Notes: generated from the sequence alone by a model not told the origin. 64,000 bases of DNA from Patescibacteria group bacterium (GCA_023380635.1 JAMCRP010000002.1:108093-172092), one strand, 5' to 3'. Numbered from the stretch's first letter, positions 1 through 8,026 are shown. Numbers and translations: made by a program.

Positions 1-365
1 CGGTGGTCAAACACTTGAAACTTTGCTGTGGGAATCCCCGCATCCCGCAGTAATCTCTTTTGCACCTCTTTATCCATGCCCACGGCTGAGCCCAAAACGC
101 CGGCGCCTACAAAAGGGATATTTAGTATTTTTAATAATCCTTGCATAGTTCCATCTTCGCCGTTTGTTCCGTGCAGAACAGGAAAAACCACATCGAATTT
201 CTTCAGTTGTTCGAAATTAAACTTTCCGTTTTTGGGGATAAGCAGGGGAGTAATGGCATATTTTTTCCGGTCCAGAGCGGCCAAGACATTTTTTGCCGAC
301 TGCGATGAGACTTCGTGTTCTGCCGACCGCCCGCCGAAAAGAATGGCAACTTTAAGCTTGCGCAT
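1..365 (-). CDS. ddl: D-alanine--D-alanine ligase, N-terminal portion (gene continues beyond window start)
   Basis: Minus-strand translation from the ATG at 365 reads MRKLKVAILFGGRSAEHEVS ... VFPVLHGTNGEDGTMQGLLKI, the Ddl N-terminal signature. It runs off the window edge, so it is absent from the ORF track. The ATG overlaps the murF stop (ATGCGCAAGCTTAA), typical translational coupling. Confidence 0.8.
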   Translation of the reverse strand, partial: MRKLKVAILFGGRSAEHEVSSQSAKNVLAALDRKKYAITPLLIPKNGKFNFEQLKKFDVVFPVLHGTNGEDGTMQGLLKILNIPFVGAGVLGSAVGMDKEVQKRLLRDAGIPTAKFQVFDH

Positions 366-1485
366 AAACAGCTCTTTGTTTGTTCCAAAACTTTCCCCGG
401 CGGCAGAGTTTGGAAGAATCGGTCTTATTCGCAAGACACATTTCCACCGCGCCTTCTAAAAAGATGGTATTTTGCGAGCCCTTAAATAAGACGACATCTT
501 TCGGCTTAATAAACTCCTGTAAAAATTTTCCGGCTTGAGAAAAATTATCGAATTGGTACGGCGTTTTGGCATACTGTTTCCATAAGGGGCCGACGGTAAC
601 AATAACATTGGCACATTCTCTGGCCGTGCGAAAGACCTCTTTGTGAGATTTTTCCGCTAAACTGCCGAGCTCGCGCATATCTCCCAGAACGGCAATCTTG
701 CGGCCTTTGCAACCTGCAAGCCTTTTTAAGGCGTTTGTCGTGGGAACAGGAGAAGAATTGTAGCTGGAATCAATTATTGTACTGTCATTTATTCCATCAA
801 ATAACTGCCACCGGCCCGGCGGTAGCTGGTAGCTGGTAGCTAGATATTGGAGACTGGTTTTTTTATTAACTCCAAATATTTCACCTACTGCCACAGCTGC
901 CGGAGTTGAGGTGCCGTCGTCTTTAAATTTCACCACTTTGGCTTTAGTAGGAATCTCAGGTAAATCGCTATTTACCACCGCCGTGCCGTCGGCCGGTAAA
1001 GAAGAGATTAGTTTACTTTTCTCTTTAAAAATATTTTCCACTGATCCCATTTGTTGAGTGTGAACGGGGAGAGCGTTGAGGAAGACTCCGATTTTTGGTT
1101 TTACAATTGTTAACAAGTACTCCATATTTTTTGGAGCCTTGAGATCGTCAATACCCATCTCACACACCAAAATTTGAAATTTGAAATTTGAAATTTGAAA
1201 TGTATGAATCGGAGCCATAACTAGGACTCTGAGCCAGTCGAGAGGGGAGTAATCAGTCATTTTCAGGCCGAGGATAGCCAGGGGGATACCTGACTCTGAA
1301 TTTGTAGTTCCTGTAGTCTTAACCTTGTATTTTTCTTTTAAAACGGCCTCGATGGCGGCGACCGCCGAACTTTTTCCGGCGCTGCCCGTTACTCCGATAA
1401 TCACCGGCTTGATTTGGGAAAGTTTAAGCTTGGCAAAAAATTTGAGGTATTCGAGGATGAAGCGAGATAAAATCCTTTTCATCAA
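352..1485 (-). CDS. murF: Mur ligase family protein, UDP-MurNAc-tripeptide--D-Ala-D-Ala ligase-like (MurF-like, short N-terminus)
   Basis: P-loop GVTGSAGKSS near the N-terminus, C-terminal LGDMRELG and VLFKGSQN motifs, and the position immediately upstream of ddl. Contains an in-frame heptamer repeat at 1168-1202 (QISNFKFQI). Confidence 0.75.
   Translation of the reverse strand: MMKRILSRFILEYLKFFAKLKLSQIKPVIIGVTGSAGKSSAVAAIEAVLKEKYKVKTTGTTNSESGIPLAILGLKMTDYSPLDWLRVLVMAPIHTFQISNFKFQILVCEMGIDDLKAPKNMEYLLTIVKPKIGVFLNALPVHTQQMGSVENIFKEKSKLISSLPADGTAVVNSDLPEIPTKAKVVKFKDDGTSTPAAVAVGEIFGVNKKTSLQYLATSYQLPPGRWQLFDGINDSTIIDSSYNSSPVPTTNALKRLAGCKGRKIAVLGDMRELGSLAEKSHKEVFRTARECANVIVTVGPLWKQYAKTPYQFDNFSQAGKFLQEFIKPKDVVLFKGSQNTIFLEGAVEMCLANKTDSSKLCRRGKFWNKQRAVYAQA
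1168..1202. repeat. Tandem heptamer (AAATTTG)x~4.7, in frame inside murF
   Basis: caaaatttgaaatttgaaatttgaaatttgaaatg, read directly. On the coding strand it is (CAAATTT)n. Confidence 0.9.
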
Positions 1486-1527
1486 CTACTATCCTACTAA
1501 CTCGCTAACTTACTAACAAGCTAATAG

Positions 1528-1701
1528 TTACTTCAGCTTTTCTCTTTCTTTGTGTTCCGTGTGTTTTTTGCACTTGCGGCAATACTTTTTGAGCACGAGT
1601 TTATCCTTGTTCTCCAATTTATTCTTGGAGGTCAGATAGTTCAAGGTACCGCAAACGGCACACACAAGACCCAATTTAACAGTTGCTTCTGCTTTTGCCA
1701 T
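1528..1701 (-). CDS. rpmG: 50S ribosomal protein L33 (zinc-ribbon type)
   Basis: MAKAEATVKLGLVCAVCGTLNYLTSKNK...KKYCRKCKKHTEHKE matches the L33 family with a CxxC...CxxC ribbon. Start placed at the internal Met (MAK), giving a 57-aa product. Confidence 0.85.
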   Translation of the reverse strand: MAKAEATVKLGLVCAVCGTLNYLTSKNKLENKDKLVLKKYCRKCKKHTEHKEREKLK

Positions 1702-1792
1702 GAGGGGATTGTACCAAATAAACGCTTCAGCCCGCAAGAGCCACCCAAAAGCCCCACGGTGACCGCAGGGCTTAGGTTGGGCCCTTTCCCTT

Positions 1793-2020
1793 TTAAAGAG
1801 ACTCGGCCTGGTATCGGCTAAGAATGTGATAGCAAGGCTGAGTGTCTTTTAATCCTTGAAATTTTGCAACCTCAAGAATTGACACCCTCACGCCGTTGCC
1901 TTGGTCTATGCCCGAGACCATTTCAACAATTTCATCGCCGGCAGCGACCTCTGCGCAAGCTGCTCGTGTAATTCGAGAGCATTTAACTCCATTTTTTTTG
2001 CACCCTTCGCAATTTGCCAT
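1793..2020 (-). CDS. Small Cys-rich hypothetical protein (75 aa)
   Basis: Strong SD, AGGAGGTG about 6 nt upstream of the ATG at 2020. Sequence MANCEGCKKNGVKCSRITRAAC...; no recognisable family. Confidence 0.45.
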   Translation of the reverse strand: MANCEGCKKNGVKCSRITRAACAEVAAGDEIVEMVSGIDQGNGVRVSILEVAKFQGLKDTQPCYHILSRYQAESL

Positions 2021-2288
2021 ATTTTCACCTCCTAACTTAAAAACAATTTTCTCCTGAATAGATAAAGTTTGTCTTTTAGCTTCTGTGACCGTAAAACAAA
2101 AAAGCACGCCTAACTTAAGCGTGCGATTTTCGAATAGAGTCGTTAACGGCTCTGCGCACCGAGCATCTTCATGTTCGGGGCTAAGAGTCGTGGGGCGGGA
2201 ATTGGAGCCTGCCCTTGCCCTTTTCTATCGATCGTTTTCGGACTTACAATAATCTTATCTGTTTCTTACAATTAATGTCAAGAGAGGA

Positions 2289-2318
2289 TTTGCCTTTAAT
2301 TACCCTATAGTATATAAT
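2289..2318 (+). promoter_or_regulatory. Near-consensus sigma70-type promoter (TTGCCT-17/18-TATAAT) ending about 7 nt before the ATG at 2325
   Basis: ttgcctttaattaccctatagtatataat, read directly. The spacing implies a leaderless or very short-leader transcript. Confidence 0.4.
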
Positions 2319-2324
2319 AATGCT

Positions 2325-2756
2325 ATGGTGTTAGCTTTTAACGAAAAGTTAAAAGGCAATTGGTATGTCGAGAAAAGAGTCAAGGAAGCACTGAGGCGAC
2401 ACGAGAGTGATGGCCAGTATCAGACTGCTGACTTAACCTACCTTGGAGTGACCGAGAGCCCGGATGAAATTGCGGCTATATTTTCTTGTCTGGCCCAGAA
2501 TTCATCAGGAGAAAAAAGAATTTACGCTCGGCCGAGTTGCACCAGTGATGAATTAAGAAAATATCGGGTGACTGAAGTTTATCTTACAGCCCGTGAGGCT
2601 GACAAAGTTAAAGCCTTTCAGGCCACATTAATTGATGAAATACGCCGACGCCGTGCGGAAATTTTAAATGAACTGGGATTATCCATGCTGAGTCTTCTTT
2701 TCCGGCCTGATTTTCCAATCAAGAAAATCATTCCTAGGGACGGAATGGACAGGTAG
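2325..2756 (+). CDS. Hypothetical protein
   Basis: 143-aa ORF with no recognised motif. It sits directly downstream of the promoter-like element. Confidence 0.45.
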   Translation: MVLAFNEKLKGNWYVEKRVKEALRRHESDGQYQTADLTYLGVTESPDEIAAIFSCLAQNSSGEKRIYARPSCTSDELRKYRVTEVYLTAREADKVKAFQATLIDEIRRRRAEILNELGLSMLSLLFRPDFPIKKIIPRDGMDR

Positions 2757-2819
2757 AAACAAGTTAGAATCCGTGATCGTGGGAGTTTAAGAAATGGAGC
2801 CGAAGCCGGGAAGAACCGG

Positions 2820-2835
2820 TTCGCCAATTGGCGAA
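2820..2835 (-). terminator. Perfect 16-nt palindrome (TTCGCCAATTGGCGAA) about 20 nt downstream of tRNA-Thr; possible terminator or processing hairpin (no U-tract)
   Basis: Palindrome read directly. No poly-U run follows, so the call is weak. Confidence 0.3.
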
Positions 2836-2855
2836 CTCCGAACCCGGGACCTCGA

Positions 2856-2928
2856 GAGCCTGAGATGGGAATCGGACCCATTACTTCTTCCTTACCAAGG
2901 AAGCGTTCTACCGGTGAACTACCCAGGC
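2856..2928 (-). tRNA. tRNA-Thr (anticodon GGU)
   Basis: Minus strand: GCCTGGG-TA-GTTC-ACCGGTA-GAAC-G-CTTCC-TTGGTAA-GGAAG-AAGTA-ATGGG-TCCGATT-CCCAT-CTCAGGC-T. A 7-bp acceptor with one GU, D arm, perfect anticodon stem, loop UUGGUAA giving anticodon GGU. The T-loop reads UCCGAUU, with C at position 55. CCA is not encoded. Confidence 0.8.
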
Positions 2929-2937
2929 AAATTTGCT

Positions 2938-3906
2938 ATGATTTTAGCATATATGCTTAGGACTTGGCTGGCAGGAGTGCTTTTGGCAGTAGTTTCTTTT
3001 CTGTCTCCGGCGGTTCCTCAGATTAAACAAATCGCCCCATTGCCGCTCAAACAATATACTTTTGCCAATTTACACCAGCGGGAATTCAAACCATCGAGTA
3101 TAAATATTACTCAAAAAATTAAAGATGGTCAGAAATATTCTGTCTGGGAGTTCTGGTTTAATTCCGACGGCAAAAAAGCGAGCGGAACCATTAATCTCCC
3201 GGCGGGCGTGGCCACTACCAGCGCTTTCACCAAACCGGCCATTGTTATGCTTCACGGCTTTGTTGATGGTGACTATTACCCCGGCTACGGCACGGAGCAT
3301 CTGGCGGCAGTTCTGGCCCAAAACGGCTTTGTCACTTTCGCCCCGGACTATCTGGGCTATGGCAGTTCGGACAAACCCAGTGCCGATGTCTTTGAAGAAA
3401 GATTTCAAACCTATACGGTCACGCTGAATTTAATAGCATCTGTCCGGCAGTATCAGAAGAATTTAGGCCTGTGGGGTCATTCTAACGGCGGGCAGATTGC
3501 CCTGTCGGTTCTGGAAATAAGCGGCCAAAATATCCCGACGGTTTTGTGGGCTCCGGTTTCTAAACCTTTCCCGTACAACATCTTGTTTTACACCGATACT
3601 TTCGACGACCAGGGAAAAACTCTCCGCCGTGAGCTGGCGCAATTTGAACAAAATTATGATGTGGAAGATTATTCCACCCCCAACTTTTTTGACTGGTTAA
3701 ACGCGCCGATAATGCTTCAACAAGGCTCCGCAGATACGCTGGTGCCCCAAGGCTGGTCGGACCAGTTAAGCCAAACACTTAAAGGCAAGAAAAAAGATGT
3801 TACCTATAAAGTTTATTCGGGCAATGATCACAACATGCTGCCGGGGTGGGATAAAGCCGCGCAAGACGCGGTGAATTTCTTTAAAAAGACCTTGTCTAGT
3901 TCGTGA
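2938..3906 (+). CDS. Secreted alpha/beta-hydrolase (dienelactone hydrolase / S9 peptidase-like)
   Basis: GHSNGG nucleophile elbow (GxSxG) and an N-terminal signal or TM segment. Start moved to the ATG at 2938 because the longer ORF (from 2794) overlaps tRNA-Thr. Confidence 0.7.
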   Translation: MILAYMLRTWLAGVLLAVVSFLSPAVPQIKQIAPLPLKQYTFANLHQREFKPSSINITQKIKDGQKYSVWEFWFNSDGKKASGTINLPAGVATTSAFTKPAIVMLHGFVDGDYYPGYGTEHLAAVLAQNGFVTFAPDYLGYGSSDKPSADVFEERFQTYTVTLNLIASVRQYQKNLGLWGHSNGGQIALSVLEISGQNIPTVLWAPVSKPFPYNILFYTDTFDDQGKTLRRELAQFEQNYDVEDYSTPNFFDWLNAPIMLQQGSADTLVPQGWSDQLSQTLKGKKKDVTYKVYSGNDHNMLPGWDKAAQDAVNFFKKTLSSS

Positions 3907-4879
3907 AGTCCTGCGTAAACATCTTTCCATACACCCCCGCGTCGATAACGCCGACTCCAATTTTATGAAAGTCCGGTGACAAAATATTGGCCCGATGCTC
4001 GGGAGAGTTAATCAAGCCGATATCCGCTAAATTAGTTGTCGGGGCATAGGCAATATTTTCCCCGGCGGCCAAAAAGAAAATCCCGGCGGCATGCATTCGG
4101 TCAAAAGGGCTAGCTCCGTCGGGGCTGATGTGGGAAAAGTAGCCGCGGGCAAACATATCTTTCGAATGATTGCGGGCGATTTCAGTAAGTTTGCTGTCCA
4201 GAGTCAGCGGCGCCAGGTGGGCCGATTGGCGCTGACTATTAACAAAATTAAGCATTTCCAGTTCTCCGGCAGTGTCGATACTCGTATTGGTCGTCGAAAA
4301 ATGCAGGTCGACTGTGTCGCTGCCGGTCGGCCGGACGGTTAAAAAGTTGAGGGTTTCCTCAACAGCGCCGCCAAAAATCCGTCCCATGGTTTGCTCCAAA
4401 GCGACCGTTTCTTCATACACTTTTCCGCCAATCCGGGAGTCAATAATATTCCTCTTTAGTCCCGGCGAGACGGGCAGGGAAATTAAAACAGCAATAATAA
4501 AAGCCAGGATAATCAGCCCGTCAATAATGGCCGGAATAATGCCTGACATATGGTTCTCGAAGGATTCCAGGATTTTCGGCGGCACGCGGAGGTAGAGCTT
4601 CAAAAGCAAGTGGGCGAGAATCAGTTCACTGATAATAGCTGTAATTAAAAACCCGGTGGCGTTGGCCAGACTTAGGGAAAAAGAAAAGTTGGCGATAAAA
4701 AGCTGGGCGGCAAACGGGTAGAATTTCAGGGCTAGCAAAAAGGCGCCGATAAAACTGCCCATGTCGATTAGGAGGGCAAAGAAACCGCGCCGGAAACCGT
4801 TGACAGCATATAAGGCTAAAAATATCAGGATGACTAAATCCACCCAGTTGCCATGCAGGGCCGGGAAGTCGGAAGACAT
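3896..4879 (-). CDS. CvpA-family membrane domain fused to a C-terminal CAP/SCP (PR-1-like) extracellular domain
   Basis: N-terminal multi-TM region resembling CvpA. The C-terminus carries SCP-like motifs (GYFSHISPDG, GENIAY, HRANIL). Start placed at MSSDF. Confidence 0.6.
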   Translation of the reverse strand: MSSDFPALHGNWVDLVILIFLALYAVNGFRRGFFALLIDMGSFIGAFLLALKFYPFAAQLFIANFSFSLSLANATGFLITAIISELILAHLLLKLYLRVPPKILESFENHMSGIIPAIIDGLIILAFIIAVLISLPVSPGLKRNIIDSRIGGKVYEETVALEQTMGRIFGGAVEETLNFLTVRPTGSDTVDLHFSTTNTSIDTAGELEMLNFVNSQRQSAHLAPLTLDSKLTEIARNHSKDMFARGYFSHISPDGASPFDRMHAAGIFFLAAGENIAYAPTTNLADIGLINSPEHRANILSPDFHKIGVGVIDAGVYGKMFTQDFTN

Positions 4880-4972
4880 AAAGTAAATATCTCTTCGCCA
4901 TGAAAGAAGCGGAAAAAAAGGAAGTAAGAGAAAAAAAAGAGCGGGTGCGCCATGCATAGCTTAAGCAAAGTG

Positions 4973-5060
4973 TGGTGCTGAGGCCAGGATTCGAACCTGG
5001 GTAGCCCTTTCGAGCGCCAGATTTACAGTCTGGTGCGTTTGACCGCTCCGCCACCTCAGC
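4973..5060 (-). tRNA. tRNA-Tyr (anticodon GUA), CCA encoded
   Basis: Minus strand: GCTGAGG...CCAGA-CTGTAAA-TCTGG, long variable arm GCTCGAAAGGGC, T arm CCAGG-TTCGAAT-CCTGG, acceptor CCTCAGC-A-CCA. Confidence 0.85.
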
Positions 5061-5088
5061 AAGGGTATAATGATATTATACCGTAATT

Positions 5089-5577
5089 ATGCTGATTTTC
5101 CTCTATGGCCTCGAAATTTTAGTAGTCCTTGGCGTCTTTATTTTTGTTGTCATTAACGGCTATTCGATTATCTGGGGCGCGCCCTATGTTTCGAGCACCG
5201 ATAACCGGGTCAGAAAAATGGTGGCCATGCTGGGACTCAAGAAGGGGGCGCGGGTCGCGGATCTGGGCGCCGGCAATGGGATAATTGTCAGAGAATTGTT
5301 GGCGAAGGGTTACGACGCTTACGGCTACGAAATTAGTCCCTGGCTGGTTTGGCGCTCGGGACTACGAAACCGGATATTTTTGCAAGACTACTGGCGGGCC
5401 GATCTTTCCGGTTATCAGGCCATAACTGTCTATGGCATTCCCTATATCATGAAGCGGCTGGAGAAAAAGCTCTGGAAGGAACTGCCTAAAGGAACCAAAA
5501 TTGTCAGTTCGTCGTTTAAGTTTCCCGGCAAGAAGCCGATTAAAGAGAACGGCTTTGTGTATTTGTATAAAATTTGA
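5089..5577 (+). CDS. Small class I SAM-dependent methyltransferase
   Basis: DLGAGNG motif I (GxGxG) after an N-terminal TM helix. Lies between two tRNA genes; its stop abuts the tRNA-Thr 3' end. Confidence 0.55.
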   Translation: MLIFLYGLEILVVLGVFIFVVINGYSIIWGAPYVSSTDNRVRKMVAMLGLKKGARVADLGAGNGIIVRELLAKGYDAYGYEISPWLVWRSGLRNRIFLQDYWRADLSGYQAITVYGIPYIMKRLEKKLWKELPKGTKIVSSSFKFPGKKPIKENGFVYLYKI

Positions 5578-5648
5578 GCCGCCTCTCAGGATTGGACTGA
5601 GGACCTACTGTTTACAAAACAGTCGCTCTACCACTGAGCTAAGGCGGC
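5578..5648 (-). tRNA. tRNA-Thr (anticodon UGU)
   Basis: Minus strand: GCCGCCT-TA-GCTC-AGTGGTA-GAGC-G-ACTGT-TTTGTAA-ACAGT-AGGTC-CTCAG-TCCAATC-CTGAG-AGGCGGC. Perfect 7-bp acceptor. The T-loop UCCAAUC again has C at position 55. Confidence 0.8.
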
Positions 5649-5893
5649 AATAGGGAAATTATATCAAAGGAGACAGAAGAAAAGGTTCCCCAAGGGGGTT
5701 TGGCAGAAAGTGGTTCCCCGGAAAAATATTTTGTGAGACCTACCCTAAACCGTTATGATCTAAGGCTCCGGGCTCAATTTCCGTTCGAACGCTGTCGAGG
5801 AAAATACCTTTCCGCCTTGGCGCCTCTAAGAGAACCTCTGAATATTATTATACTCTAAACCGTCAAGCAAAGTACCCCGATTTAGCTTCAAAT

Positions 5894-6517
5894 TTACGGT
5901 AACAGCAAACGAAGAAGGGTTTGAGTAATGGGAAGAACTATATCGTTGATAATGCCGCTAAACAAGAAAAGAATGATAAAAATAAATAGCAGACCGAAAC
6001 GCTCTAAACTTAAGAAAGCTGCAGCCAGATCATCCGGAAGTAACCCCGCCAAAACCTTTGAGCCGTCCAACGGCGGAACGGGGAGCAAGTTGAAAACAGC
6101 CAAGACCACATTAATTTCCACTCCGTAAAAACAAAGACTTTGAATAAAAGATAATAGGGCGGGGTCGATGATGAAGATATCGCTTATCCGTAAGACAATA
6201 CTAAATAAAAGAGCAATTATGATGTTTGTTACTGGCCCGGCAGCTGCTGTCAAAGCTGTATCCTTTTTGGGATCACGAAAATTAAAGGGATCAATGGGCA
6301 CGGGTTTGGCCGCGCCAAAAACTACCGGCGAGCCGGTCACAATTAGGATTAAAGGCAACGCAATAGTCATGACCGGGTCAATGTGAGGAAGAGGATTAAG
6401 TGTGAGCCGCCGAGACAATCTGGCTGTTGGATCACCCAGTCGGTCGGCAACCCAGCCGTGAGAAATCTCGTGAAGAATCACGGAGTAGATGAGGATTGCG
6501 AACTGAAGGATAAACAT
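5894..6517 (-). CDS. Site-2 protease family zinc metalloprotease (peptidase M50)
   Basis: HEISHG (HExxH) in a TM helix and the NLLPVPPLDG motif. Confidence 0.7.
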   Translation of the reverse strand: MFILQFAILIYSVILHEISHGWVADRLGDPTARLSRRLTLNPLPHIDPVMTIALPLILIVTGSPVVFGAAKPVPIDPFNFRDPKKDTALTAAAGPVTNIIIALLFSIVLRISDIFIIDPALLSFIQSLCFYGVEINVVLAVFNLLPVPPLDGSKVLAGLLPDDLAAAFLSLERFGLLFIFIILFLFSGIINDIVLPITQTLLRLLLP

Positions 6518-6534
6518 GATACAATTCTATCATA

Positions 6535-6756
6535 ATGTTAGTTTGTGAAATTTGCGGTAAAGGTGCGCAATACGGCCATAATATCCGCCACACTCATACC
6601 GGACAGTGGGAAAAACGGGCTTCCAAGACCCGGCGGATTTTCCTGCCTAATATTCAAAAAGGGAAGGTGTTTCTAAACGGTAAAATTCAAAATGTCCGGG
6701 CTTGCGCCTCGTGCCTGGCTAAGTACAAAGTAAAGTACGCTCCTGCCCATGCCTAA
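6535..6756 (+). CDS. rpmB: 50S ribosomal protein L28 (zinc-ribbon type)
   Basis: MLVCEICGKGAQYGHNIRHTHTGQWEKRASKTRRIFLPNIQ matches the L28 family; CxxC...CxxC. Confidence 0.85.
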   Translation: MLVCEICGKGAQYGHNIRHTHTGQWEKRASKTRRIFLPNIQKGKVFLNGKIQNVRACASCLAKYKVKYAPAHA

Positions 6757-6963
6757 AACCCGCGGTGAGGCCTGGATCGAGAATGCTCCAACCCGAGATT
6801 GCCAAAGACCCTGTCGTTTCTGGAAATTCTGTAACGGCTTGGCGTTGGCCGGACGCCACTGCACTAATAAAGAAACACAAAATGCAGCCCCCGATAAAAA
6901 AGGCGGTTGCGACTCTTTTAGACCCCAAGAAAGAGCGACACCACAGTCCAGGCGGCTCCAGAC

Positions 6964-7788
6964 TTATAAAATGATCGGGGAAAGGCAGGATTGAGCTTTC
7001 TGCGGTTTTTTACCTTCGTACTGAATTTCGTCAAGAACAAGTTTGTTGCCTTCTAAATGACATTGGAGAATCTTCATTCGCTTACCTTCCGGCGTTACTG
7101 TCCATAATCCCGGCCAAGGAGTTACTGCCCGGAATTGGTTATATGTCTGTAGACCATAGGCGGTAGACCGTAGCTGATCCCAGTCTACAAACCCATCCTG
7201 CTTGGTCAGCAGCTTGGTGTAAGTAGCCTTAGATTTGTCTTGGGGTAGGAGTTTTGTCTGTTTCATAGAGTTAATTATCGTCGGGAGCTCCTTGGCTACC
7301 TCTTCAAATAGGCGGGTGTAGAGTTTGCCGGCGGTATCATCCTTCAGGATCGGGTACTCTTTCTGCCAGAGAATCGGCCCGGTGTCCAAAGTTTTTTCCA
7401 GTTTAAAAATGGTTACCCAAGCGGTCTTATCGCCCCGAAGTAAAGTTGCCTGCACCGGTGAGGCGCCGCGGAATTCCGGCAGTTTACTAAAATGAATGTT
7501 AAAAGTGCCTAAGCGTGGGAGATTTAAGGCATTTTCCGGAATAATCTGGCCGAAGTCCGCCACTATTCCCAAATCAATGTCTTGAATGTCTTGAATGTCT
7601 TTGATGTCTGTTAATGTCTGAACGGAATACTGTTTAGCCCACAATCGGGTAGCAGACGGAGTCATGATTTGTTTCCGTCCCACCGGTTTGTCCGGCCGGG
7701 TAACAACCGCTACCAGATTAAAATTGGCTTTTAAAGTTTCCAGAACCGGTAAACAATAGGCTGAGGTGCCGAAAAAGATCACGCGCAT
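6964..7788 (-). CDS. fmt: Methionyl-tRNA formyltransferase
   Basis: MRVIFFGTS...VVTRPDKPVGR N-terminal formyltransferase signature and the def-fmt operon context. Carries an in-frame 9-mer repeat encoding DIKDIQDIQDID. Confidence 0.85.
   Translation of the reverse strand: MRVIFFGTSAYCLPVLETLKANFNLVAVVTRPDKPVGRKQIMTPSATRLWAKQYSVQTLTDIKDIQDIQDIDLGIVADFGQIIPENALNLPRLGTFNIHFSKLPEFRGASPVQATLLRGDKTAWVTIFKLEKTLDTGPILWQKEYPILKDDTAGKLYTRLFEEVAKELPTIINSMKQTKLLPQDKSKATYTKLLTKQDGFVDWDQLRSTAYGLQTYNQFRAVTPWPGLWTVTPEGKRMKILQCHLEGNKLVLDEIQYEGKKPQKAQSCLSPIIL
7576..7620. repeat. Tandem 9-mer (AATGTCTTG)x~5, in frame inside fmt
   Basis: aatgtcttgaatgtcttgaatgtctttgatgtctgttaatgtctg, read directly. Confidence 0.9.
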
Positions 7789-8026
7789 ATCTTGATTTTA
7801 CAATATTTGGGTCATATAATTTTTTTATGCTAAACCCCCTCACGGAAGTCGAATTGTATCAACAAATGATGCTCTCGGCCTTAGAGCAGAAGGATAAAAT
7901 TGAGGCCGAGAAAACCGGTTCTGAATTAACGGGCGGGACCAATCCGGTTAAAATAGTGCCGGCAGAAAGGGTTTCCTTAGGAACGAGACTACGCATTTCC
8001 CTCAGAGAGCTTTTTAACGGTTGGGA

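Noticed and set aside
28-459. 143-aa plus-strand ORF at the window start
   Set aside because: It is antisense to the clearly recognisable ddl N-terminus (ILFGGRSAEHEVS, VFPVLHGTNGEDGT) on the minus strand. Its own sequence is low-complexity with no motif.
2794-2937. N-terminal 48 codons of the 370-aa hydrolase ORF
   Set aside because: This stretch overlaps tRNA-Thr(GGU) and its downstream palindrome on the other strand. An in-frame ATG at 2938 is immediately followed by a signal peptide, so the gene was trimmed.
4626-5054. 142-aa minus-strand ORF
   Set aside because: It overlaps the complete tRNA-Tyr gene and the CvpA-CAP gene upstream, so it is an artefact of the long open frame.
5650-5893. 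245-nt gap after tRNA-Thr(UGU), examined for SRP RNA, RNase P RNA or tmRNA
   Set aside because: I could not find the diagnostic motifs (SRP domain IV GGAA...AGCAG, RNase P AAAGUCCGG, a tmRNA tRNA-like end). It is left unannotated.
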